64,000 nucleotides of DNA from Pseudomonadota bacterium (lineage in GTDB: Bacteria > Myxococcota_A > UBA9160 > SZUA-336). Where the stretch lies: NCBI GenBank assembly GCA_021295775.1, contig JAGWBS010000003.1, forward strand, positions 395 to 64,394, in the 5' to 3' direction. A program made the position numbers and the translations under genes. A model generated the notes under the pieces. The model had not been told where the DNA came from, ran no database searches, and saw only the letters and a list, made by a program, of their open reading frames with translations. Within the stretch, counting starts at the first letter, position 1. Every line of letters begins with the position of its first letter. Of this stretch, positions 57,276 to 64,000 are shown piece by piece.

Positions 57276-58550
57276 CTATTCCGGCTCGTAGCGCGCCAGC
57301 GCCAGGCAGCCGTTGGTGCCCCCGAACCCGAAGGAGTTCGACAGCGCGATCCGCGCCGGCCGGTCCTGCGCCTGGTTCGCCACGTAGTCCAGGTCGCACT
57401 CCGGGTCGGGTTCGAAGTGGTTGATGGTCGGGGGGAGCCGGCCCTCGCGCAGCGCGAGCGTCGTGAACACCGCCTCGACGCCGCCCGCGCCGCCCAGCAG
57501 GTGCCCGGTCATCGACTTGGTCGAAGACACCTTGAGCTCGTAAGCGTGCTCTCCGAAGACCTGCTTGATGGCGTGCGTCTCGATGCGGTCGTTGTAGGCC
57601 GTGCTGGTGCCGTGCGCGTTGATGTAGTCCACGTCCTCGAAAGCGATGCCCGCGTCCTCGACCGCCTTGCGCATGGCGAGCTGCGCCCCCATGCCGTCCT
57701 TGGGAGGCGCGGTCATGTGGTGCGCGTCGCCGGACATGCCGTAGCCGATGATCTCGGCGCCGATGCGCGCGCCGCGGCCCAGGGCGTGCTCGAGACTCTC
57801 CAGCATCAGCACCCCGGCGCCTTCGGCCAGCACGAAGCCGTCGCGGTCCTTGTCGAACGGTCGGCTGGCGCGGGCCCAGTCGTCGTTGCGGCGCGACAGA
57901 GCCTTCATGCTGGCGAAGGCCGCCAGGCCGGTGCGGTTGACCGGCGCCTCGCTGCCTCCGGCGATCATCGCGTCGGCGTCGCCGCGCTGGATCAGCCGGT
58001 AGGCGTCTCCCAGGTTGTGGGTGCCCGTGGTGCAGGCCGTCACCACGCAGCTATTGGGGCCGCGCACCCCGTAGCGCATCGAGATCAGGCCCGAAGCCAT
58101 GTTCGCGATCGCGGTGGGCACGAAGAAGGGCGAGACCTTCGAGGGTCCGCGATCCGCCAGCGCCGTGCAGTTGTCGTACAGCGCCTGCAGCCCGGCGATG
58201 CCGCTGCCGACCATCACGCCCACGCGCTCGGAGGGCACGCGGGACAGGTCGAGCCCGGAGTCCTCGACCGCCTGGACCGCCGCGCCCATCGCCAGATGCA
58301 GGAAGCGGTCGAGCCGCCGGACCTCTTTCTTCTCGAACACGTCGGACGGATCGAAGCCGACCACCTGGCCCGCGAAGCGCACCGGCATGTCGTCGACCTC
58401 GAAGCGCTCGACCGGGCGGATGCCCGACTCGCCCTTGAGGGCGCCGTTCCAGCTCGTGCCCACGTCGTTGCCCAGCGGGTTGAGGGTCCCCATTCCGGTG
58501 ACCACGACCCGGCGCAGTTCGAGCGTGCGTGAGGTCAGGCGGACGTCCAT
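57276..58550 (-). CDS. fabF: 3-oxoacyl-ACP synthase II
   Basis: Motifs are RRVVVTGMG, the active-site VVTACTTG, HGTSTAYND and GHLLGGAGG. Confidence 0.95.
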   Translation of the reverse strand: MDVRLTSRTLELRRVVVTGMGTLNPLGNDVGTSWNGALKGESGIRPVERFEVDDMPVRFAGQVVGFDPSDVFEKKEVRRLDRFLHLAMGAAVQAVEDSGLDLSRVPSERVGVMVGSGIAGLQALYDNCTALADRGPSKVSPFFVPTAIANMASGLISMRYGVRGPNSCVVTACTTGTHNLGDAYRLIQRGDADAMIAGGSEAPVNRTGLAAFASMKALSRRNDDWARASRPFDKDRDGFVLAEGAGVLMLESLEHALGRGARIGAEIIGYGMSGDAHHMTAPPKDGMGAQLAMRKAVEDAGIAFEDVDYINAHGTSTAYNDRIETHAIKQVFGEHAYELKVSSTKSMTGHLLGGAGGVEAVFTTLALREGRLPPTINHFEPDPECDLDYVANQAQDRPARIALSNSFGFGGTNGCLALARYEPE

Positions 58551-58556
58551 CGGCGC

Positions 58557-58796
58557 TCAGTCCTTGTTGCTCTTTTCCTCGACGTAGGAGACCACGTCGC
58601 CGATGTTCTGCATCTTCTCGGCGTCGTCGTCGGGCACCTCGATGCCGAACTCCTCCTCGATCGCCATCACCAGCTCGACGATGTCCAGCGAGTCGGCGCC
58701 GAGGTCGTCGATGAACGACGCCTCGTTGACCACCTCCTCGGCGGACACGCCCAACTGCTCGACGATGATCTCCTTGACCCTGTCTTCTACCGCCAT
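58557..58796 (-). CDS. acpP: acyl carrier protein
   Basis: ATG 58796 is preceded by GGAGGAA. The phosphopantetheine site is [19 protein letters not shown]. The protein is 79 aa. Confidence 0.95.
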   Translation of the reverse strand: MAVEDRVKEIIVEQLGVSAEEVVNEASFIDDLGADSLDIVELVMAIEEEFGIEVPDDDAEKMQNIGDVVSYVEEKSNKD

Positions 58797-58811
58797 TCGT
58801 TCCTCCAGCAC

Positions 58812-59564
58812 TCAGGTGTCGAGACCGCCGTTGACGGCCAGGACCTGCCCCGTAATGTAGCCGGCCTGCTCCGAGGCCAGAAAGCGCACGCTGCCGGCGA
58901 CGTCCCCGGCCGTACCCAGGCGCCCGCCCGGAATCTGCCCGATCAGCCCCTCGCGGGTGTTCTCGGGCAGCTCCGCGGTCATCTCGGTGTCGATGAAGCC
59001 GGGCGCGACCGCGTTGACCGTGATGCCGCGCCCGCCGAGCTCCTTGGCCAGCGTGCGCGTCAGCGCCTCGATGCCGCCCTTGCTGGCGGCGTAGTTCGAC
59101 TGCCCCGGGTTGCCCATGCCGACGACCACCGAGGACAGATTCACGATCCGGCCCCAGCGCCGCTTCAGCATCGGCCGCGCCACGCAGCGGCACACGTTCC
59201 AGGCGCCGCGCAGGTTGGTCGCGATCACGTGGTCGAAGTCCTCGGGCTTCATGCGCAAGATCAACTGGTCGCGCGTGACGCCGGCGTTGTTGACCGCGAT
59301 GTCCAGCCGGCCGAACTCGGACTGGATCTCGCCGACGAGCGCTTCGGTCGCCGCGTAGTCGCCCGCGTCGCAGAGCGCCGGCCGCGCCTCGGCGCCCGCC
59401 TCCCGCGCGAGTTCGGCCGTCTCTTCGGCGGCCTCGGGACTCGCCCGGTAGGTGAAGACCACCCGCGCTCCGGCCCGCGCCAGCTCGACCGCGATCGCCC
59501 GGCCGATGCCGCGCGACCCGCCCGTGACCAGCGCCACCCGCTCCTCCAGCGCCGCCCAGCTCAC
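58812..59564 (-). CDS. fabG: 3-oxoacyl-ACP reductase
   Basis: GTG 59564 overlaps the fabD stop as GTGA. Motifs are TGGSRGIGRAIA, NNAG and YAASK. Confidence 0.95.
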   Translation of the reverse strand: MSWAALEERVALVTGGSRGIGRAIAVELARAGARVVFTYRASPEAAEETAELAREAGAEARPALCDAGDYAATEALVGEIQSEFGRLDIAVNNAGVTRDQLILRMKPEDFDHVIATNLRGAWNVCRCVARPMLKRRWGRIVNLSSVVVGMGNPGQSNYAASKGGIEALTRTLAKELGGRGITVNAVAPGFIDTEMTAELPENTREGLIGQIPGGRLGTAGDVAGSVRFLASEQAGYITGQVLAVNGGLDT

Positions 59565-60496
59565 CCGAGCGCCTCCGCCAGCGTCGCCAGCGCGGGCTCG
59601 AGGTCGTCGAGCGTCTCGACGTTGGCGCGGGGCAGTCGGCGGTCGATGCGCGCCGCCAGGCCGCTCAGCACCTTGCCCGGGCCCACCTCAAGCTGCGCCG
59701 TCGCACCGGCCGCGGCCAGCGCGCCCACGCACTCGACCCAGCGGACCGGCGAGCAGACCTGCTCGTAGAGCAGCCGGCGCGCGTCCTCGGCGCGGGTGTA
59801 GGCCCGCGCCGAAACGTTCGAGACCACCGGCCGCTCCCAGTCGCGAAACGGCGCCTCGGCGAGCTCGGGCTTCAGCCGCTCCGCCGCGGGCCGCATCAGC
59901 TCGCAGTGGAAGGGCGCCGAAACCGGCAGCGGGACGACGCGCTTGGCGCCCGCCGCTTTGCAATTCTCGCCCGCCGCGCGGACGGCGTCGCGGGCGCCCG
60001 CGATCACCGTCTGGACAGGAGAGTTCAGGTTCGCGGGGGCGACCGGTCCTTCGACCTCGGCGCAGGCGGCGGCGACGGCGGACGCCTCCAGGCCCATCAC
60101 CGCCAGCATCTCGCCTTCGCCCGCAGGCACGGCCTCCTGCATGAAGGCGCCGCGGCGCCGCACCAGCCGCACGGCGTCGCCCAGGGGCAGGCCGCCGGCC
60201 GCGACCAGCGCCGCGTACTCGCCCAGACTGTGGCCGGCGAAGATCCCCGCGGGGGCGGGCAGGCGCGGTTCGACGCAGCGCCAGATGGCGACGGAGGCCG
60301 CCAGCACCGCGGGCTGCGTGATCTCGGTGCGGGCCAGCTCCTCGGCCGGACCGCTCTCGATGCGCTCCAGCAGACCGCCCCCGAATGCCTCCTCGGCCTC
60401 CTTGAACGCCTCCCGGGCGCCATCGTGGGCGCGCGCGAAGTCCAGCGCCATGCCGATGGCCTGCGAACCCTGGCCGGGGAAGACGACGGCGAGCAT
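59561..60496 (-). CDS. fabD: malonyl CoA-ACP transacylase
   Basis: ATG 60496 gives MLAVVFPGQGSQAIGM... The motif GHSLGEYAAL is present. The protein is 311 aa. Confidence 0.9.
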   Translation of the reverse strand: MLAVVFPGQGSQAIGMALDFARAHDGAREAFKEAEEAFGGGLLERIESGPAEELARTEITQPAVLAASVAIWRCVEPRLPAPAGIFAGHSLGEYAALVAAGGLPLGDAVRLVRRRGAFMQEAVPAGEGEMLAVMGLEASAVAAACAEVEGPVAPANLNSPVQTVIAGARDAVRAAGENCKAAGAKRVVPLPVSAPFHCELMRPAAERLKPELAEAPFRDWERPVVSNVSARAYTRAEDARRLLYEQVCSPVRWVECVGALAAAGATAQLEVGPGKVLSGLAARIDRRLPRANVETLDDLEPALATLAEALG

Positions 60497-60525
60497 GCGC
60501 GGAGGCGAGCGGACGGCCTGGGGGC

Positions 60526-60717
60526 CTAGAGCTCGTCTTCCTTCTGGACTTCCACGACCTGCCGGCCGCGGTACGTGCCGCACTCCGCACACACGCGGTG
60601 CGGCAGCTTGCTCGCGCCGCACACGGGACAGACCGACAGACCGGGGGCGCGCAGCGCATGGTGCGAGCGCCGCATGCGCTTGCGGGACTTCGAAGTTCGC
60701 TTCTTGGGTACCGCCAT
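60526..60717 (-). CDS. rpmF: 50S ribosomal protein L32
   Basis: The sequence is [22 protein letters not shown]...CPVCG...CAECG. Confidence 0.95.
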   Translation of the reverse strand: MAVPKKRTSKSRKRMRRSHHALRAPGLSVCPVCGASKLPHRVCAECGTYRGRQVVEVQKEDEL

Positions 60718-60727
60718 GACTCGTCCT

Positions 60728-61312
60728 CTACTTCTGTTCCCCGGCCTTGCGCAGCAGCTCGTCCAGACCCTCGAAGGGCCGGTTCGCCCCGGCCGGCGCC
60801 GTCGGGCGCTGCGAACCTTTCCGCTTCCAGCGCTCGCAGCCCTCCGGGCAACTTTCCGATTCCCGCGGCTGCATCGGCCAGGCGAGCGCGAGAATTTCCA
60901 GAATCACGCGCCCGAAGTCCAGCGTCTCGCCGGCGTATTCGCCCAGCGACAGGTCTTCGGGGTCGAGTTCGATGCCCCCTTCCGGAATCCGGTCGGGATT
61001 TTGCGCCGGCTCGAGCAGAAGTTCCACCCGCTCGCGGACCGGAAATTCGATCGGGTCGATGCACCAGGCGCAGGCCAGCCCCAGCTCCGCCTGCAGCTCG
61101 CCCCGGAACAGCAGGCGCCGGCCGATCCGGTAGCCTTCCAGCTCCAGCTCCCAGCGCGCGTGGCGGGGCACCTCGCCGCCCTCGGCGGCGAACACGTCCC
61201 GCGCCCGCTCCCACCACCCGGTGTCGGATTTCAGCGCGAAGGGTCGCGGGGTCTCGACGACCCTGGCGAGTCGGATCTCGCAGTCGCCCAAAGCCGGCCT
61301 CCCGCAGACCAA
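60728..61312 (-). CDS. yceD: DUF177 / YceD family protein
   Basis: It sits immediately upstream of rpmF. It has an acidic core and the C-terminal motif ESCPEGC..W. The start (TTG 61312) is uncertain. Confidence 0.7.
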   Translation of the reverse strand: MVCGRPALGDCEIRLARVVETPRPFALKSDTGWWERARDVFAAEGGEVPRHARWELELEGYRIGRRLLFRGELQAELGLACAWCIDPIEFPVRERVELLLEPAQNPDRIPEGGIELDPEDLSLGEYAGETLDFGRVILEILALAWPMQPRESESCPEGCERWKRKGSQRPTAPAGANRPFEGLDELLRKAGEQK

Positions 61313-61471
61313 AGCCCCTTAAACCCATGCCGAACCGCCAACTTGGCGACCGTTCGTCTGGTAGGACGGGCCCCCGCGCTTGTCAAGCCGATCGCTGCGC
61401 TCCGGCGGGCGCCCGGTCCCGGGGCGAGGCCGGGTCTGGAGACCCCGACGGGCTCTGCTAGGGTGCCGCGG

Positions 61472-62905
61472 ATGTCGCTGGTGACGCGCTACGCGCCGAG
61501 TCCCACCGGTCCGCTGCACATCGGCGGCGCCCGCACCGCGTTGTACTGCTGGGCGCTGGCGAGGCGCCACGCCGGACGCTTCCTGCTGCGCTTCGAGGAC
61601 ACCGACCGGGCGCGCTCCACCCGCGAATCGGAACTCGCCGTGCTCGAAGCGCTCGAATGGCTCGGAATCGAGCACGACGAAGTGCCCGGCTTCGCGGGCA
61701 TTCCGCGCCAGAGCGAGCGCGCGGCGCGCTACGCCGGGATCGTCGGCGAGCTGCTGGAACGCGGCCGCGCCTACCGCTGCACCGCCACGCCCGAGGAACT
61801 CGAGGGCATGCGCGAGGCGGCGCGGGCCGAGGGCCGCAAGCGCGTCTACGACGGCCGCAACCGGGACGCCGGCATCCCGGCGGACGTGGGCGCGCCCTTC
61901 TGCGTGCGGCTGCGCGTCCCGGACAGCGGCCCCGAAACCCGCTGGACCGATCTGATCGCCGGGGCCAGCGGCGAGGCCCCGGAGGACATCGACGACTTCG
62001 TGATCGCGCGCACCGACGGCAGCGCCGTCTACCACCTGGCGGTGGTGGTCGACGACCACGACATGGGCGTCACGCACGTCGTGCGCGGGCGCGAGCACCT
62101 GAGCAGCACCCCCCGCCAGCTCTTGCTGTACCAGGCGCTGGGCTGGGAGCCGCCCGCCTTCGCGCACGTGCCGCTGCTTGTCGGCGCCAGCGGCAAGAAG
62201 CTGTCCAAGCGCGAGGGGGACGTCTCGGTCCAGGCGTACCGCGACCGCGGCTTCCCCGCCGAGGCGATGGTCAACTACCTGGCTCGCCTGGGCTGGAGCC
62301 ACGGCGACCTGGAGATCTTCGAGCGGCGGACGCTGGTCGAGCTTTTCTCGCTCGAGGGCGTCGGCCGCGCGCCCGCCCAGGTCGACGAGGCCAAGCTGGC
62401 CTGGGTCAGCCAGCAGCACCTCAAGCGGATGCCCGCGGAGGAGCTGGCCGCGGCGGTCCAGCCCTTCCTCGACGCCGAGGCCGGCGAGCCCGTCGCCATC
62501 GGCGAGCGGCTGCGGGCGGGTCTGGACCTGTTGCGCGAGCGCAGCGAGACCCTCGCCGACATGGCCCGCCAGGCGCGCTTTCTGTACGTCGACGAGCTGG
62601 AATACGAACCGAAAGCGGCCCGCAAGTTCCTCAAGCCCCCCGCGGCGCCCCTGCTGCGCGACGCGGGGGCGGCCCTGGGCGGGCTGGACTCCTGGGACCG
62701 GGCGGCCATCGAGGCCGCGCTCGGCGGCGTCGTCGATGCCCACCAGGTCAAGCTGGGAAAGCTCGCCCAGCCGCTGCGCGTCGCGGTCACGGGCCGCGGC
62801 GCCAGCCCGGGGATCTACGAAACCCTCGAAGCGCTCGGCCGCGACCGGACCCTGGCCCGGATCGAGGCCGCCGCCGCCCGCGCCGAGACCGTCCCCTCGG
62901 ATTGA
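61472..62905 (+). CDS. gltX: glutamate--tRNA ligase
   Basis: ATG 61472 gives MSLVTRYAPSPTGPLHIGGARTALY (the HIGH motif). KKLSKREG is the KMSKS motif. The protein is 477 aa. The first ~300 codons of track ORF 60575..62905 are junk. Confidence 0.95.
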   Translation: MSLVTRYAPSPTGPLHIGGARTALYCWALARRHAGRFLLRFEDTDRARSTRESELAVLEALEWLGIEHDEVPGFAGIPRQSERAARYAGIVGELLERGRAYRCTATPEELEGMREAARAEGRKRVYDGRNRDAGIPADVGAPFCVRLRVPDSGPETRWTDLIAGASGEAPEDIDDFVIARTDGSAVYHLAVVVDDHDMGVTHVVRGREHLSSTPRQLLLYQALGWEPPAFAHVPLLVGASGKKLSKREGDVSVQAYRDRGFPAEAMVNYLARLGWSHGDLEIFERRTLVELFSLEGVGRAPAQVDEAKLAWVSQQHLKRMPAEELAAAVQPFLDAEAGEPVAIGERLRAGLDLLRERSETLADMARQARFLYVDELEYEPKAARKFLKPPAAPLLRDAGAALGGLDSWDRAAIEAALGGVVDAHQVKLGKLAQPLRVAVTGRGASPGIYETLEALGRDRTLARIEAAAARAETVPSD

Positions 62906-62943
62906 ACCGCGCGTCGAGTTGTCCGATACTCCCGCCCACTCGT

Positions 62944-63014
62944 TGGCCGATCGTCTAACGGCAGGACGACGGGTTCTGGCCCCGTTAATCTAGGTTCGAA
63001 TCCTAGTCGGCCAA
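62944..63014 (+). tRNA. tRNA-Gln (anticodon CTG)
   Basis: I folded it by hand. The acceptor stem is TGGCCGA/TCGGCCA, with the U1-A72 pair typical of bacterial tRNA-Gln. The D stem is GTCT/GGAC. The anticodon stem is ACGGG/CCCGT with loop TTCTGGC. The T arm is CTAGG-TTCGAAT-CCTAG. The discriminator is A, and CCA is not encoded. Confidence 0.85.
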
Positions 63015-63368
63015 CGGTGACTGCCTCCCTGGCGGCACCGGTTCGTGGGGAGTTCAGGCCGCCCGCGAGGGCCGCTCCCGGTCGACGGACCGCGCGGCGA
63101 GGCCGCGTCTCCCGTGGTTCGTGTCCGATGGGTACCCAACGGGAAATCGGTTTCCCGGATTTCGAGAACGTCGAGCGAATTTTTCCCGCGCCGAAACGTC
63201 ACAGGGACACGGACACTCCAGTCTCCGTTTTCGGTTCGAGCGCGGGAAGACCGCGGGTCCGGTCTCCGAGAATCCCCTCTCCCTTTCAGATCGGACCCGC
63301 CCCGCGCGAACCGGCGTCGGAGCGGACGGCGTTGCAGCCGTTCCCGCTCCGGCGCGTCGGGCGGCGCT

Positions 63369-64000
63369 ATGCTCGCCGGGATGGCCAAGCGTTGGTTACC
63401 GGTGGTGGCTCTGGGCGGCGCCGCGCTGGTCTGCGTGCTGCTGGGCAACTGGCAGCTTCGCCGGCTGGAGGAAAAGCGCGCCTGGATCGAGATGATGCAG
63501 GGGCGGCTGGAGCAGCCGCCCGCCGAGCTGGAGCGGGCGCTCGAGGCGCCGGACGCGTTCGCCTTCCGCCGCGTGCGCGCCCGCGGACAGTGGGTGACCG
63601 GGCAGACGATCCTGCTCCGCCACCGGGGCGCGGCCCCGGGACCGCGCCTGGTCACGCCGCTGCGCCTGGGCGGCGAGCGCAGCCTGGTGCTGGTCGACCG
63701 GGGCTTCGTTCCCCCCGGGATCGCCGACGGCTTCGTCCGCGGCGAGTCGCCCGGCCAGACGGCGATGGTCGAAGGCGTGCTGCTGCGCCTGACCGAGATT
63801 CCGCTGGCCGCCCCGCCCGGCGAGCGCCGCCTGCTGTGGAACCGGCTGCACCCGGCGGCCCTGGAACACCAGCTCGGCGAGCCGATGGAGCGCGTGCTGT
63901 TGGTCCGTACCCCGGACGGTTCCGGCGACTACCCGCGCGGCGACACGCCCCGCCCGCTCAGCCGGGTCAACCACCTCTACTACGCGATCACCTGGTACTC
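63369..64000 (+). CDS. SURF1 family (cytochrome oxidase assembly) protein, 3' end runs off the window
   Basis: My own translation from ATG 63369 (or 63381) gives MLAGMAKRWLPVVALGGAALVCVLLGNWQLRRLEEKRAWIE...LVTPLRLGGERSLVLVDRGFVP...VNHLYYAITWY. It is not in the ORF track because there is no stop in the window. Confidence 0.75.
   Translation, partial: MLAGMAKRWLPVVALGGAALVCVLLGNWQLRRLEEKRAWIEMMQGRLEQPPAELERALEAPDAFAFRRVRARGQWVTGQTILLRHRGAAPGPRLVTPLRLGGERSLVLVDRGFVPPGIADGFVRGESPGQTAMVEGVLLRLTEIPLAAPPGERRLLWNRLHPAALEHQLGEPMERVLLVRTPDGSGDYPRGDTPRPLSRVNHLYYAITWY

Noticed and set aside
62944-63368. tRNA-Gln as an integration site for a genomic island.
   Set aside because: I found no integrase, no repeat of the tRNA 3' end downstream within the window, and an ordinary SURF1 respiratory gene immediately following.

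Overview
This is very GC-rich bacterial chromosomal DNA from a diderm, since LPS, Bam, Lol and Lpt genes are present. The lineage cannot be fixed from this window. The gene mix (LpxI instead of LpxH, RemA/DUF370 next to gmk, a PgpH-type 7TM-HD protein between phoH and ybeY) reminds me of delta-type proteobacteria or Myxococcota-like organisms, but that is only an impression.

The window is almost entirely coding. I support 60 protein-coding genes, one tRNA-Gln(CUG), and a few candidate promoters and terminator hairpins. smc and a SURF1-family gene are cut by the window edges, so they are missing from the ORF track.

Gene content, in order:
- smc.
- A GT2 / DUF62 (SAM hydroxide adenosyltransferase family) / two ABC exporter operon, with a divergent CrtI-like flavoprotein.
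- rpmB plus a third MsbA-like exporter, followed by a GT4 glycosyltransferase.
- yicC-remA-gmk-rel.
- An LPS inner-core locus: heptose kinase, one GT2, one GT4, a tandem LPS kinase, a methyltransferase, an interrupted HAD hydrolase, a GT9 heptosyltransferase, LptF/G and a Kdo kinase.
- A run of about 36 kb with 35 co-directional minus-strand genes, broken only by rpsT: bioB, lpxL-lpxK-waaA-lpxB-oxidoreductase-lpxI-lpxA-fabZ-skp-bamA, lolD-lolC/E, lysS, prfB, lnt, ybeY, pgpH-like, phoH, murJ, holA, lptE, trkA, an orphan gene, nusB-ribH-ribD-nrdR, glyA, fabF-acpP-fabG-fabD-rpmF-yceD.
- gltX, tRNA-Gln and a SURF1-family gene.

The supplied track takes the longest ATG/GTG/TTG ORF. In this DNA that produces many antisense shadow ORFs and long Arg/Ala/Gly/Pro-rich false N-terminal extensions. 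I re-derived starts by reading the junctions; eleven are 4-nt GTGA/ATGA/TTGA stop-start overlaps.

I saw no CRISPR array, IS/transposase, integrase, phage, toxin-antitoxin or recognisable defence gene. I do not see a clear-cut novel system. The most checkable oddities are:
- The coupled GT2-DUF62-ABC-ABC operon.
- A LolC/E permease with an extra polytopic N-terminal module of about 170 aa.
- A BamA with an extra pre-POTRA domain of about 190 aa.
- A fused double LPS kinase.
- A lipid A cluster without lpxD but with a GnnA-like oxidoreductase.
- holA broken by a -1 frameshift at an A-run.
- A HAD hydrolase with one in-frame TAG.
- The canonical prfB +1 frameshift.

All family assignments come from reading motifs by eye; no searches were run.
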